Shown: positions 16,137-24,603 of the stretch, one piece after another
Numbering within the stretch: position 1 is the stretch's first letter
How the letters are laid out: each line of letters begins with the position of its first letter
DNA from: a virus
Taxonomy: Duplodnaviria; Caudoviricetes
Strand: one strand, 5' to 3'
Virus record (IMG/VR): IMGVR_UViG_3300032274_000030
Coordinates: 1-34,060 of that record
DNA length: 34,060 nt
The notes under the pieces: model-generated
Databases searched by the model: none
The model's input: the letters and a program-made list of their open reading frames with translations, nothing else
Told to the model about the DNA's origin: nothing
Program-made: the position numbers and the translations under genes

Positions 16137-17334
16137 GCAGGGCGCGGCGTTTGGGTTTGGCACGCCCTTTGAAGAGCAACTGGCATTTTTCCTGAAGAAG
16201 CTGAATCTACCCACTGAGCGCTGGGATGACATTATGCGCTCGGCGCATGATCGCGCCTTTATGGTGGCTGGTGCAGCTAAGGCGGATCTGCTCAACGATC
16301 TGCGCGGTGCGGTGCAAAAGCGCATGGCAGACGGCAAAGGGCTGCAAGCTTTTCGCAAAGAGTTTAAGGATATTGTGCTCAAGCACGGCTGGTCGGGTTG
16401 GACGGGGGAAGGTAGCAAGGCGGGCTGGGCATGGCGCACGCGCATTATTTACTCGACCAATATGGCGACTAGTTACGCGGCTGGGCGTTGGAAGCAACTT
16501 ACTCACCCTGACTTGCTCAAGTTGCGGCCGTTCTGGCAGTACAAGCATGCGGATGGTGTGGCGCACCCTCGACCGATGCATGTGCTGTGGGACGGCATCA
16601 CCCTGCCCTACGATCATGTGTTTTGGCTGACGCACTTTGCCCCTAACGGCTGGCTGTGTCATTGCTACATTATTGCGGTAGACGCTAAAGCGTATGCGGC
16701 AGCGTTGCTGGCGGGTAAAGGTGTGCCGCCTGCGGGCTGGGAGCTGCTCGACCCTAAAACGGGCGCACCCGCCGGGATCGATAAGGGTTTTGATTATGCG
16801 CCAGGGGCGAATGCCGATACTTCGTTGCGTCAGATGGTGCAGGACAAGCTAATTATCTACCCGCCTGCGATCAGCAAGGCGCTATCGAGAGATGTTAACC
16901 GATACGTTAATGCTGATCAGAGCGCCGCTGCGTTTGCGCGTGATGTGTTGGCGGATACGCAGCGTACCGATCCTTTGTGGCTTGGTTTTGTTGAGAACGT
17001 TGAAGAAGTTAATGCGGCGCTGGCTGTTAACAAAATTGATACTCGGGGCTATATGGTTATGTTGCCAGCCGATGCACCACGTCATATACAACGGCATCAT
17101 CAATACGATGGCGCGGGGCAGCGATTGCCAGTTGACGGCGATTATGAACTGATGCTGTCCGCGATCAACGCGCCGGATCTGATACAGGAAGGCATCGTAG
17201 TAGGCGGACACCAGCGCTTGGTGATCGTTAAAAAGATCGGTGCGGAAGTGTATAGATGGATTTTTGAGTTAAGACAGGGAAAGCACAATCGCAGTCTTGC
17301 TTTAGTTACGTTGGCAATTAAAACGGCCAAGTAG
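16126..17334 (+). CDS. MuF (gp30) minor head protein fused to a C-terminal PBECR-like nuclease domain
   Basis: HDRAF.VAGA, RP.H..WDG, PNGW.C.C and GID.GF.YAPG MuF motifs. Extra ~140-aa C-terminus with D..RHI..HH...GQ.....D......I..PD...FE.R.GK..L.L.T pattern. Confidence 0.85.
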   Translation: MADKQGAAFGFGTPFEEQLAFFLKKLNLPTERWDDIMRSAHDRAFMVAGAAKADLLNDLRGAVQKRMADGKGLQAFRKEFKDIVLKHGWSGWTGEGSKAGWAWRTRIIYSTNMATSYAAGRWKQLTHPDLLKLRPFWQYKHADGVAHPRPMHVLWDGITLPYDHVFWLTHFAPNGWLCHCYIIAVDAKAYAAALLAGKGVPPAGWELLDPKTGAPAGIDKGFDYAPGANADTSLRQMVQDKLIIYPPAISKALSRDVNRYVNADQSAAAFARDVLADTQRTDPLWLGFVENVEEVNAALAVNKIDTRGYMVMLPADAPRHIQRHHQYDGAGQRLPVDGDYELMLSAINAPDLIQEGIVVGGHQRLVIVKKIGAEVYRWIFELRQGKHNRSLALVTLAIKTAK

Positions 17335-17337
17335 AGG

Positions 17338-17409
17338 AACTGGGAGCCGATGCAGTGCTTTCACACCCCCCGACCTATACGTCTATCGAATCGATAACGA
17401 ACCAGTTAT
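17338..17409 (-). ncRNA. Candidate ~72-nt structured RNA convergent with the MuF-nuclease gene
   Basis: Three-way-junction fold with a GAAA tetraloop and G-U pairs on the minus strand. Minus-strand TATAAT at 17421-17416. Confidence 0.55.
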
Positions 17410-17415
17410 GTATCC

Positions 17416-17445
17416 ATTATAGGGTAAAGCTATGCATTTTGTCAT
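17416..17445 (-). promoter_or_regulatory. Minus-strand sigma70 promoter for the candidate RNA
   Basis: ATGACA (17445-17440), 18-bp spacer, perfect TATAAT (17421-17416). Confidence 0.55.
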
Positions 17446-17971
17446 TGAGGTTAAAGATACAGGGGGGCAGGCGGTGTTTAACCGCATGATCCAGATGGGG
17501 CAAGATACGGGGCCGATACTGCGCGTGCTGGGCGAACATGAGACTGCGCGCATTAAGCAGCGCTTTCAGACGATGACCGCACCGGATGGCACGCGTTGGC
17601 AGGCGAATGCGCAAAGCACCATCGAGCGTTACATCTACGGCAAAGGCGGGTTCAGTAAAAAGACAGGCAAGATTACCTCACGCGGTAAAGCCACCGCGAT
17701 GGGTAAGCGCCCATTGCAGGGTGAATCTGGCGACCTTGCGCGGCAGATTGATTACAGCGTAAACGGCGATAGCGTAACGATCGGTAGCAATCAGATTCAG
17801 GCCGCGATGCAAAACTTTGGCGGTGCTAAAGCGGAGTTTCCTAATTTGTGGGGTGATATACCTGGGCGGCCGTTTATGCCTGTGATGGCAAATGGCATGC
17901 TTTACGCGGATGAAGAGCGGGATATTGTCGAGGTAATTAACGGTGAGCTGCTTAAGGGCTTGGAAGGGTGA
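17432..17971 (+). CDS. Virion morphogenesis protein (Mu gpG-like)
   Basis: RF....APDG..W, L..SG.L...I, V.IGSN...AA.Q.FGG and IPGRPFMP motifs. Confidence 0.88.
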   Translation: MHFVIEVKDTGGQAVFNRMIQMGQDTGPILRVLGEHETARIKQRFQTMTAPDGTRWQANAQSTIERYIYGKGGFSKKTGKITSRGKATAMGKRPLQGESGDLARQIDYSVNGDSVTIGSNQIQAAMQNFGGAKAEFPNLWGDIPGRPFMPVMANGMLYADEERDIVEVINGELLKGLEG

Positions 17972-18142
17972 AAGTGAGAGCGGCCAATAAGCACCGCTGT
18001 GCCGTTTTGGTGTGCAAGTTGGTTGCCTGTGTAGCCAAAAGCAATGCGGCGCGTTTTTAACGGGGGTCTAACGGGGTTGGTGGGGGTTGTGTTGGGGTGT
18101 TTCGGATTTGGGTATTGTTTAGGTGCAAGATTGGAGGTGAAA

Positions 18143-18373
18143 ATGGTAATGCATTCGCAAGAAATCGAAGAGCGTAAAAAAACTGAACATGAAAATTTAA
18201 TATGGTGGGAGCTGGATAAGATTGCAATTGTGTGTTCCAACCAAGCGCCTGAGTCAACAAGGGAAGAAAGGATGCTTAAAGCTAAAGCGGCCACCAATAT
18301 GATGAGTTTCTTGCGGAAGCCGACGGCGGAATGGGCGAGAGAAAAATACAGGCAAGAAGTTCGTGGTTATTGA
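18143..18373 (+). CDS. Hypothetical moron protein
   Basis: Strong GGAGGT RBS, AT-rich, at the G-I accessory site. Confidence 0.6.
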   Translation: MVMHSQEIEERKKTEHENLIWWELDKIAIVCSNQAPESTREERMLKAKAATNMMSFLRKPTAEWAREKYRQEVRGY

Positions 18374-18461
18374 CAACTGATTTATCTTATTTGTATCGGG
18401 GAACTACATGAGCAATCCGACAGAGCCAACCACGCCATTGGCTGAGCGCTCGAATGCTGGT

Positions 18462-18653
18462 TTAGAGGTTGGTGTGCAGCGCAGCCAACTCATTGGTGAG
18501 AATGTTGAGGTTTTGCAAAACGGTGGCCTGAGTTTTTGGCCGGCGCTTAGTGCAACACTTAAAGTGTATGACCTCTAACATTTGATCTAACTGCCGGCAC
18601 TTTTTTGAAATCGCATTGATTGTTGGGTTAGACTCTATGTAATACGTGGTCAT
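18462..18653 (-). CDS. Possible small antisense-oriented hypothetical protein
   Basis: 63-aa ORF from ATG 18653 with a GGGGA RBS. A competing plus-strand 56-aa ORF (18408-18578) also exists. Confidence 0.3.
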   Translation of the reverse strand: MTTYYIESNPTINAISKKCRQLDQMLEVIHFKCCTKRRPKTQATVLQNLNILTNELAALHTNL

Positions 18654-18684
18654 AAAATCCCCAAACCACACCCCTCCTTTAGCT

Positions 18685-18729
18685 CTGAAACCTTTCAGTA
18701 TCGCCCGCGAATGACCATCGCGCCACAAT
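18685..18729 (+). promoter_or_regulatory. Putative Mor/C-activated late promoter (head operon)
   Basis: CTGAAACCTTTCAGTATCGCCC dyad matching 8991-9012. -10-like CACAAT at 18724-18729. Confidence 0.7.
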
Positions 18730-18735
18730 GGCGAC

Positions 18736-19866
18736 ATGGCATCGAACACCCCCCCAAAAACACCTAAACCCACACCGCTACGCTTTGGCGTTGCTGCTTG
18801 TTCTGTGGCTATCAACACGGCGGGTGAAATACAGCTGGTTCCGAGCGGTGATTTTCGCGGCGTAGATGGTCGCCCAAAAGACGCGCCGAGCTGGGTGATG
18901 GACGCTCAGGGGGCGGCGGATGTGATGGCGTTCTGTTCAGCGCGCCAGAACGATATTGTGATCGACTACGAGCATCAAACACTGCATACCGACAAGAATG
19001 GCCAGCCTGCGCCTGCAGCGGGCTGGTTTTCTGGTGCGGCGCTGCGCTGGGAGGAAGGTGTGGGCCTGTTTGCAAAGTCGCGCTGGACTGCTCGTGCGCA
19101 GGGCTATATCGACAACGACGAATATAAGTACATCTCACCAGTGATCCTTTACGAAAAGGGTACGGGCCGAGTCAAAGGCATTATTTCTGCGGCACTCACA
19201 AACAACGCATGTATCGACGGCATGGACGATGTGTTGTGCCGTGCGGCGGCTAGTTTTTTGTTGGATGAATCAATTTCACAGGAGGATTTAAGTATGGATA
19301 TCGACGAGTTTTTGGACAGTCTGCGCTGGATGCTTAACTTGCCAACGTTGGCGCCGAAAGAAGAGGTGCTGGCCGAATTGCAAAAAGCGGTGACGGCAAT
19401 TAAAGCGTCTGCACCCGAGGCGGTGGCGGCGGCTGGTTTTAGTGTGGTTGGGTTGGTGGATTCGCTTGGCTCGCAGGTGGCGGCGTTAAAAGCGGCGGTG
19501 CCTGATCCGTCACAGTTCGCGCCAGTGAATGCGATGCAGGCGATGCAGGTGGAGCTGGCTGCTTTGAAAGCTAGTTCAACTGGGCGTGAGGTTGGTGAGA
19601 TCGTAACTGCCGCGTTAAAGAGCACCCAGTTGCTGCCCGCTCAGGAAAAATGGGCAACGGATTTAGGCATGTCGAACATTGCGCAACTACGTGAATACGT
19701 TAAGTCGGCACCGGCGATTGCTGCGCTGACATCAAGTCAAACGGATGGCAAGCCGCCAGTGGATGGCGTAAACGCAGAGAGTTTGAGTGATTTGCAGATG
19801 GCGACTTGCAAGGCGTTGAGTGTTGACCCTAAGGATTATGCGGCCAATTTGGCGACGTCGGCATAG
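18736..19866 (+). CDS. Head maturation protease / scaffold (Mu gpI)
   Basis: G.F...DGRP, IDYEHQT, APAAGW, EYKYISPV and ALTN motifs. Confidence 0.92.
   Translation: MASNTPPKTPKPTPLRFGVAACSVAINTAGEIQLVPSGDFRGVDGRPKDAPSWVMDAQGAADVMAFCSARQNDIVIDYEHQTLHTDKNGQPAPAAGWFSGAALRWEEGVGLFAKSRWTARAQGYIDNDEYKYISPVILYEKGTGRVKGIISAALTNNACIDGMDDVLCRAAASFLLDESISQEDLSMDIDEFLDSLRWMLNLPTLAPKEEVLAELQKAVTAIKASAPEAVAAAGFSVVGLVDSLGSQVAALKAAVPDPSQFAPVNAMQAMQVELAALKASSTGREVGEIVTAALKSTQLLPAQEKWATDLGMSNIAQLREYVKSAPAIAALTSSQTDGKPPVDGVNAESLSDLQMATCKALSVDPKDYAANLATSA
19294..19866 (+). CDS. Internal in-frame scaffold (Mu gpZ-like)
   Basis: CAGGAGG RBS 8 nt before in-frame ATG 19294, as in the Mu I/Z arrangement. Confidence 0.65.
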   Translation: MDIDEFLDSLRWMLNLPTLAPKEEVLAELQKAVTAIKASAPEAVAAAGFSVVGLVDSLGSQVAALKAAVPDPSQFAPVNAMQAMQVELAALKASSTGREVGEIVTAALKSTQLLPAQEKWATDLGMSNIAQLREYVKSAPAIAALTSSQTDGKPPVDGVNAESLSDLQMATCKALSVDPKDYAANLATSA

Positions 19867-19897
19867 CGCAATTTAATAGATTTGATGGGAGATAAAT

Positions 19898-20302
19898 ATG
19901 GCTACATTGGTTGCGGATAGAAATACACCTAGACAGGCAGGCGTGCTGATCTCAGTACCTGTTGCTGCTGCGAAGAAGGTTTTTGCTGGGTCGTTGGTCG
20001 CGGCAAGCGCGACAGGTTTTGCTACGCCGGGTGCGGTGGCGACAACGTTGACTTACCTTGGTCGTGCTGAAGAGTTTATGGACAACTCTCTGGGTGGTGA
20101 TGGTGCGAAGGCTGTGCTGGTGAGGCGTAAAGAGGCGTTTAAATTTGCGAATCTCGGCGCTGACTTGGTGACTCAGGCGGGCTTGGGTAAGCCTTGTTAC
20201 ATCGTCGATGATCAGACTGTGGCAGGCACTAACGGGGTGAACACGCGCTCTGCTGCTGGCGTGGTGATCGGCATTGAGGCCGACGGTGTTTGGGTGGAGT
20301 AA
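19898..20302 (+). CDS. Capsid decoration/cement protein (DUF2190-like)
   Basis: L.ADRNTP, G..CYIVDDQTV and RS.AG......DGVWVE motifs. Between protease and capsid genes. Confidence 0.8.
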   Translation: MATLVADRNTPRQAGVLISVPVAAAKKVFAGSLVAASATGFATPGAVATTLTYLGRAEEFMDNSLGGDGAKAVLVRRKEAFKFANLGADLVTQAGLGKPCYIVDDQTVAGTNGVNTRSAAGVVIGIEADGVWVE

Positions 20303-20341
20303 TCCAGTCACGGTATTTGTTAATTTTTTGAGGGGGTAGGT

Positions 20342-21253
20342 ATGTTAGTAAACAAGGAATCGTTGGCCAGTATTTTTACTGGGCTGAAAACGCTTTTTCA
20401 CAACGCTCTAAAAGCGGAGCCGGGTAACTGGCAGCTAACCGCAATGGAGGTGCCGTCTGATGCTGAAGGCGAAGACTATGCGTGGCTCGGGCGTTTTCCG
20501 AAATGGCGTAAGTGGGTTGGCGACAAGGTTATTAAAAACATTGTGGCTGGAATCTATTACAAAAAAAATGAGGATTTTGAAACGACCATCAGTGTGCGTC
20601 GTAATCATATCGACGATGACCGTTTGGGCATTTATAACACGCAAGCCACTCAGGCGGGGGAAGCCGCAGCCGAGCTGCATGACATTATTGTTGATGACTT
20701 AAAAAACAACGCCTTTTCGGCGACGTGTATTGACGGTCAGTTTTATTATGACGTTGATCACCCCGTAGCAGGTGTCAGTGTGAGCAATAAGGGTGTCAAA
20801 CAGTTGTCAAGCGCAACTGCCGCAACGGCTGCGGCTAGTTATGGTGCCGCACGAATCGCCATCATGAGTTTTAAAGATGAAGAAGGCATGCCTTTGCGGT
20901 TGGTGCCTGATGTCTTGGAAGTGCCGCCCGCACTGGAGGCGATTGCAAAGAAATTATGCAATGCAGACAAGCTAGACGACAACTCGCCTAACCCCTATCA
21001 AGGCACGGCAACTGTGCTGGTTAATCCGGCATTGAGTAGCGCCACGGGCTGGATGCTGCATGTCACTCAAAAGAAATCTGTAAAGCCATTCATCGTTCAG
21101 ATGCGTAAAAAACCAACGTTTGTTTCTCAGACCAGTCCTGAAAATGAAGAAGTGTTCATGCGCGGTGAATTTCATTTCGGTGCCGAAGCTCGTGCAACTG
21201 GTTTGTATGGCTACTGGCAACTTTCTTACGGTTCTAACGGCACGGTTGCATAA
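20342..21253 (+). CDS. Major capsid protein (Mu gpT)
   Basis: Y.WLG.FP..R.WVG, FE.TI.V.R..I.DD.LGIY, C.DGQ..D.DHPV, L.VPP.LE and G.G.WQL motifs. Confidence 0.93.
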   Translation: MLVNKESLASIFTGLKTLFHNALKAEPGNWQLTAMEVPSDAEGEDYAWLGRFPKWRKWVGDKVIKNIVAGIYYKKNEDFETTISVRRNHIDDDRLGIYNTQATQAGEAAAELHDIIVDDLKNNAFSATCIDGQFYYDVDHPVAGVSVSNKGVKQLSSATAATAAASYGAARIAIMSFKDEEGMPLRLVPDVLEVPPALEAIAKKLCNADKLDDNSPNPYQGTATVLVNPALSSATGWMLHVTQKKSVKPFIVQMRKKPTFVSQTSPENEEVFMRGEFHFGAEARATGLYGYWQLSYGSNGTVA

Positions 21254-21273
21254 AGAGACTAGTTATTAATCTT

Positions 21274-21295
21274 GTGCCTCACTTCGGTGGGGCAC
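21274..21295 (+). other. Stable hairpin downstream of the capsid gene
   Basis: GTGCCTCAC-TTCG-GTGGGGCAC (cUUCGg loop) with no U tract. Likely an mRNA-stabilising or attenuating element. Confidence 0.6.
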
Positions 21296-21315
21296 GTAAA
21301 TAAGCAGGAGGTGTT

Positions 21316-21591
21316 ATGTCGGTAGCAAAGAATGATGAAACAGCGGCAGCTGAGAAAGCAGCAGCTGAAAAGAAAGCAGCAGATGAAGGCGCGACGGTAG
21401 TGGTTGAAAAGGTAGCCGCTCTTAAAGTGGTTTCGACTATTGAGGGCTTCCGCCGTGGCGGTTTGGCTTGGAGCACTGCGGTGACGGTGGTCAAGGTGTC
21501 TGATTTGTCTGAAGAGCAGCTTGAGCAGATCAAGGGCGAATCGAGGCTGATCGTGGTTGAAGTTGAGATTGATGCCGGAGACGCTGAGTAA
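21316..21591 (+). CDS. Mu gp35 / HI1506-like protein
   Basis: L.V.S..EGFRRGG, LSEEQLEQIK.E..L.V motifs. AGGAGGT RBS. Confidence 0.8.
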   Translation: MSVAKNDETAAAEKAAAEKKAADEGATVVVEKVAALKVVSTIEGFRRGGLAWSTAVTVVKVSDLSEEQLEQIKGESRLIVVEVEIDAGDAE

Positions 21592-22001
21592 TGACTTACG
21601 CCGCCCGTACCGACATGGTGCGCCTTTACTCTGAGCCGGTGCTTGTGGCGCTAACTGATTTGCTTGGTGCTGGCGTGGTTGATGAGGCATCGCTGAGTGC
21701 TGCGCTGGTGGCGGCTGACGCTGAGGTTAATAGCTATATCTCTGGTCGGGTTGTGCTGCCCTTGGCTAGCGTGGTGCCTGGACTTGCTGATAAAGCGGCT
21801 AGCATTGCGCGCTATTTTCTCGACGGGCAGAACGGTGATGAGAATGTGCGATTACGTTACAAGGATGTGATCGCATGGCTGAGGGACGTGCAGGCTGGGC
21901 GCGCTAGTTTGGGGCTGGATGTAAATCAAGCGCCAACACCTGTGTCTAACGGTGCGTTTATTCAATCTGGTGGTCGGGTTTTTGAGCGTGGGTCGCGCTA
22001 A
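21591..22001 (+). CDS. Head-tail adaptor (Mu gp36, DUF1320)
   Basis: M.YA...D, A..EVNSY...R..LPL, IARY.L, RY...I.WL..V..G..SLG motifs. Confidence 0.88.
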   Translation: MTYAARTDMVRLYSEPVLVALTDLLGAGVVDEASLSAALVAADAEVNSYISGRVVLPLASVVPGLADKAASIARYFLDGQNGDENVRLRYKDVIAWLRDVQAGRASLGLDVNQAPTPVSNGAFIQSGGRVFERGSR

Positions 22002-22420
22002 TGCCACACGCTGCGATTATTGCAAGGTTGAAGACGGTTGTTGGTTTGAAATCGGTGGGTGGTTCGATTGATTTTAGTGGCATTGAAACGGCACCGAAAT
22101 TACTCAACGCGGCGTATGTGTTGCCGTCTAGTGATAAGTCTGGGCCGAATGCATTGGCTTCAGGTGGTATTGAGCAAAAATCAACGCTGCGTTTTAGTGT
22201 GGCAATTTGCGCTAGAAACATTAAAACATTAAGCGGACAGTCGAATCCGATGGGTGAACTGCCAGCGGTGCGGGCCGCGATTGATGCGGCGCTGATCGGC
22301 TGGGAGCCGCTGCCCGAATACGACTTGATTACTCACGATAGCGGTCGGTTGTTGCAGGTTGGTAAGGGTGTGATGTGGTGGATGGATGATTACATGACCG
22401 GATATTTCAGGAGACAGTAA
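22001..22420 (+). CDS. Tail terminator / Mu gp37-like
   Basis: AAYVLP, F.V.I, VR.A...ALIGW.P and G.LL....G..WW.D.Y motifs. Synteny. Confidence 0.75.
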   Translation: MPHAAIIARLKTVVGLKSVGGSIDFSGIETAPKLLNAAYVLPSSDKSGPNALASGGIEQKSTLRFSVAICARNIKTLSGQSNPMGELPAVRAAIDAALIGWEPLPEYDLITHDSGRLLQVGKGVMWWMDDYMTGYFRRQ

Positions 22421-22593
22421 TGGCAAATGATGAACACGCGGGAATGGGTGGCCGTTTCGAGATTAACGAGGCAGGTGAAAAGGTGTTGGTGCACCGCACG
22501 GATTATGTTACGCCAGTGATTGCGCCAGCCAAACAAGCTAAAGTTTCTGCGCAAGCAGTGGCCAAGGTTCAACAAGTTAAAGGGGTGAAATGA
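22420..22593 (+). CDS. 57-aa hypothetical protein preceding the tail tube
   Basis: TAATG and ATGA overlaps on both sides, AGGAG RBS. MANDEHAGMGGRFEINEAGEKVLVHRT... Confidence 0.7.
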   Translation: MANDEHAGMGGRFEINEAGEKVLVHRTDYVTPVIAPAKQAKVSAQAVAKVQQVKGVK

Positions 22594-23780
22594 TGCCAGC
22601 GATGTCGTGGAAGAAAAAGATTGTTTGGGTCGCCATTGAAGCAATTTACAGTATAGACCCGGGTTTGTCGGCGGCTCTAAATGGTGTTGAGGTGCGCAAT
22701 ATGAGCCTCACGCCGCTGAAGATGAAGAAGGTTGAGCAGAATATTGAACAGCCCTATTTGGGCAGTATGCGTGAGCTGACGGTTGGCGAAGAGGTGCAGT
22801 TAAAGTTTGATATTGCTATCGCTGGCTCAGGCGCTGCGGGTACGGCGCCGGCATGGGGGGCGCTGATGCGTATGTGTAAGCGTTCGGAAACTGTATTGGC
22901 GGTCGCGGTGGCGGGCACTGCGCAGGCGGGTGCGGTTGGGTCTATTACGTTGGCGGTTGCAGCTAGCGCAGTGAATGATGTGTATCGCAATATGGAGATC
23001 ACCGCGACGGGTGGCGCGGGCATTGGTCAGACCGCGATTATTGCGAGTTATGACGGCGCAACCAAGATTGCTACATTTTATGAGCCTGTCGCGATTGCCT
23101 TCGATGTGACTTCGCTCTATTCCATCGACGCTCAAACTGTTTATGCACCTGTTGATAGCGGTGACGATTCGGGTACGTTCTACGCCTATATTGATAGATT
23201 GAAATTCACTATGTTGGGTACACGAGGCAATGTGGTGCGGACGCTTGACCCACTTAAAGTGCCGGTGTTTACGTTCTCATTTACGGGGCTATGGGGTGGT
23301 TATTCGGATGTGGTGGCGATGCCAACTAATACGGTCTATACCCCTTGGAAAGTTCCTTTGGCGGTAAATTCTAAAAACACCTCTGGATTCAAACTGCATG
23401 GTTTCGCAACGAATATGTACAGCTATTCGGTTGATGATGGGAATCAGGTTGTGCACCGCGACGATATGGTGGGTGTTGAGGATGTGGTGATTAATGATCG
23501 CAAAGCAACAGGTAGTGTGTCTATTCAGATGCCGCTTAAAGCTGAGCATGATTTCTATGCGGATGCATTGGGTGGCACGAATAACGGCCAGCCAATTGAA
23601 GGGTCGATGATGTTGACGCATGGCAACGTCGCTGGGAATGTCGTGCGGTTTTATGAGCCTGCGGTGACAGTATCTGACCCGACACCAGAAGATAAGAATT
23701 CTACCGCTGCGCTGCGATTAACTTTGCGCATTTTGCCAATCGCCCCGGGCGGGAATGATTCGCTGATTATTGTTAAGTAG
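22590..23780 (+). CDS. Major tail (tube) protein with an inserted beta-rich domain
   Basis: K.....IE..Y..DP, AGSG.AGTAP.WG.LMR.C, G.RGN and HG..AGN.V motifs. No sheath gene is present. Confidence 0.8.
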   Translation: MMPAMSWKKKIVWVAIEAIYSIDPGLSAALNGVEVRNMSLTPLKMKKVEQNIEQPYLGSMRELTVGEEVQLKFDIAIAGSGAAGTAPAWGALMRMCKRSETVLAVAVAGTAQAGAVGSITLAVAASAVNDVYRNMEITATGGAGIGQTAIIASYDGATKIATFYEPVAIAFDVTSLYSIDAQTVYAPVDSGDDSGTFYAYIDRLKFTMLGTRGNVVRTLDPLKVPVFTFSFTGLWGGYSDVVAMPTNTVYTPWKVPLAVNSKNTSGFKLHGFATNMYSYSVDDGNQVVHRDDMVGVEDVVINDRKATGSVSIQMPLKAEHDFYADALGGTNNGQPIEGSMMLTHGNVAGNVVRFYEPAVTVSDPTPEDKNSTAALRLTLRILPIAPGGNDSLIIVK

Positions 23781-23854
23781 TACTGCGCTCCCTGTGTTGT
23801 GGTGCAGCACCGTTAAACCGGGTCTTTCTTTATTTAATTTAAAAGGAGTTGATT

Positions 23855-24220
23855 ATGTCGTTAATCGTTAGTAGCAGCAAAGAACGCAAAATTATTAAAG
23901 GTTGGCCTGTTGTCGTGCCGACCTCGCTCGATGGCGGAAAAATTCGCAAAGATGAAATTCTTGTGGATTTTGAAGTGCTATTGCAAAGCGAGGTGGATGA
24001 CATTATTAAAACGGCTCAGGAGACGGAAGAGAATTACAACAAAGCGTTAATGCGTGAAGTTGTAAAAAGCATCAATGGAAAAGTTGATGAAAATAATCAG
24101 CCGATTGAGTTCAACGAAGAAACGCTGGCAGATTCTCTGGATTGTGTGAATCAACTGGGCGCGTTTGTTGGGGCATTTTTTGATGTTCAAAACGGGCGGA
24201 AGGCTGCAAGAAAAAACTAG
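23855..24220 (+). CDS. Tail assembly chaperone (G-like)
   Basis: AAGGAG RBS, WPV.V....DGG, ends RKN at a slippery site. Confidence 0.8.
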   Translation: MSLIVSSSKERKIIKGWPVVVPTSLDGGKIRKDEILVDFEVLLQSEVDDIIKTAQETEENYNKALMREVVKSINGKVDENNQPIEFNEETLADSLDCVNQLGAFVGAFFDVQNGRKAARKN

Positions 24221-24603
24221 CAGATGCCGCTCGCTGGTGGGCATCCGGCAAAGGGTCGCTGGATAGCGCATCAGATGTGGATGAGGTGGCGAGTGATTTG
24301 GCGCTGGCTGGCCTTTCAATGCCACCTCGGGCGGCTGAGGTGGAAGAAGATGAGGAGGTTGTTTTTGAGCTATGGGAAGAGAACCTTGATTCTTACAACT
24401 GGTTTGTGCGGCTTGCGCGGCGGTGGGTTTTTAACCAGTTCGATGGCTCGCGCATCCGGCTTGATGATGTGGCGGTCGCTACTCAGTTTGCAATTTTCGG
24501 TTTAAAAAAATCAAAGCGAAAAGCCCTATTAGAGGATCTACTGGTAATGGAATCCGCAGCGCTCGAAGTGTTGAATAAAAAGAAAGAGGTTGACCGTGAA
24601 TGA
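24211..24603 (+). CDS. Tail chaperone frameshift extension (T-like, DUF1799-like)
   Basis: -1 frame open from the A AAA AAC site: KLADAARWWA...FELWEEN...W...L.VMESAALEV. Confidence 0.78.
   Translation, partial: KKLADAARWWASGKGSLDSASDVDEVASDLALAGLSMPPRAAEVEEDEEVVFELWEENLDSYNWFVRLARRWVFNQFDGSRIRLDDVAVATQFAIFGLKKSKRKALLEDLLVMESAALEVLNKKKEVDRE

Noticed and set aside
17335-17431. Small protein immunity gene after the MuF nuclease
   Set aside because: The 97-bp gap has no credible ORF with an RBS.
18044-18142. Hydrophobic N-terminal extension of the moron ORF
   Set aside because: Arises from the G/T-rich tract. The real RBS precedes 18143/18149.
21345-21385. Short repeats GCAGCTGAGAAA / GCAGCTGAAAAG
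   Set aside because: Coding AAEK repeats, not a CRISPR array or regulatory repeat.
24224-24505. 93-aa ORF after the chaperone
   Set aside because: Off-frame shadow of the frameshifted T segment.
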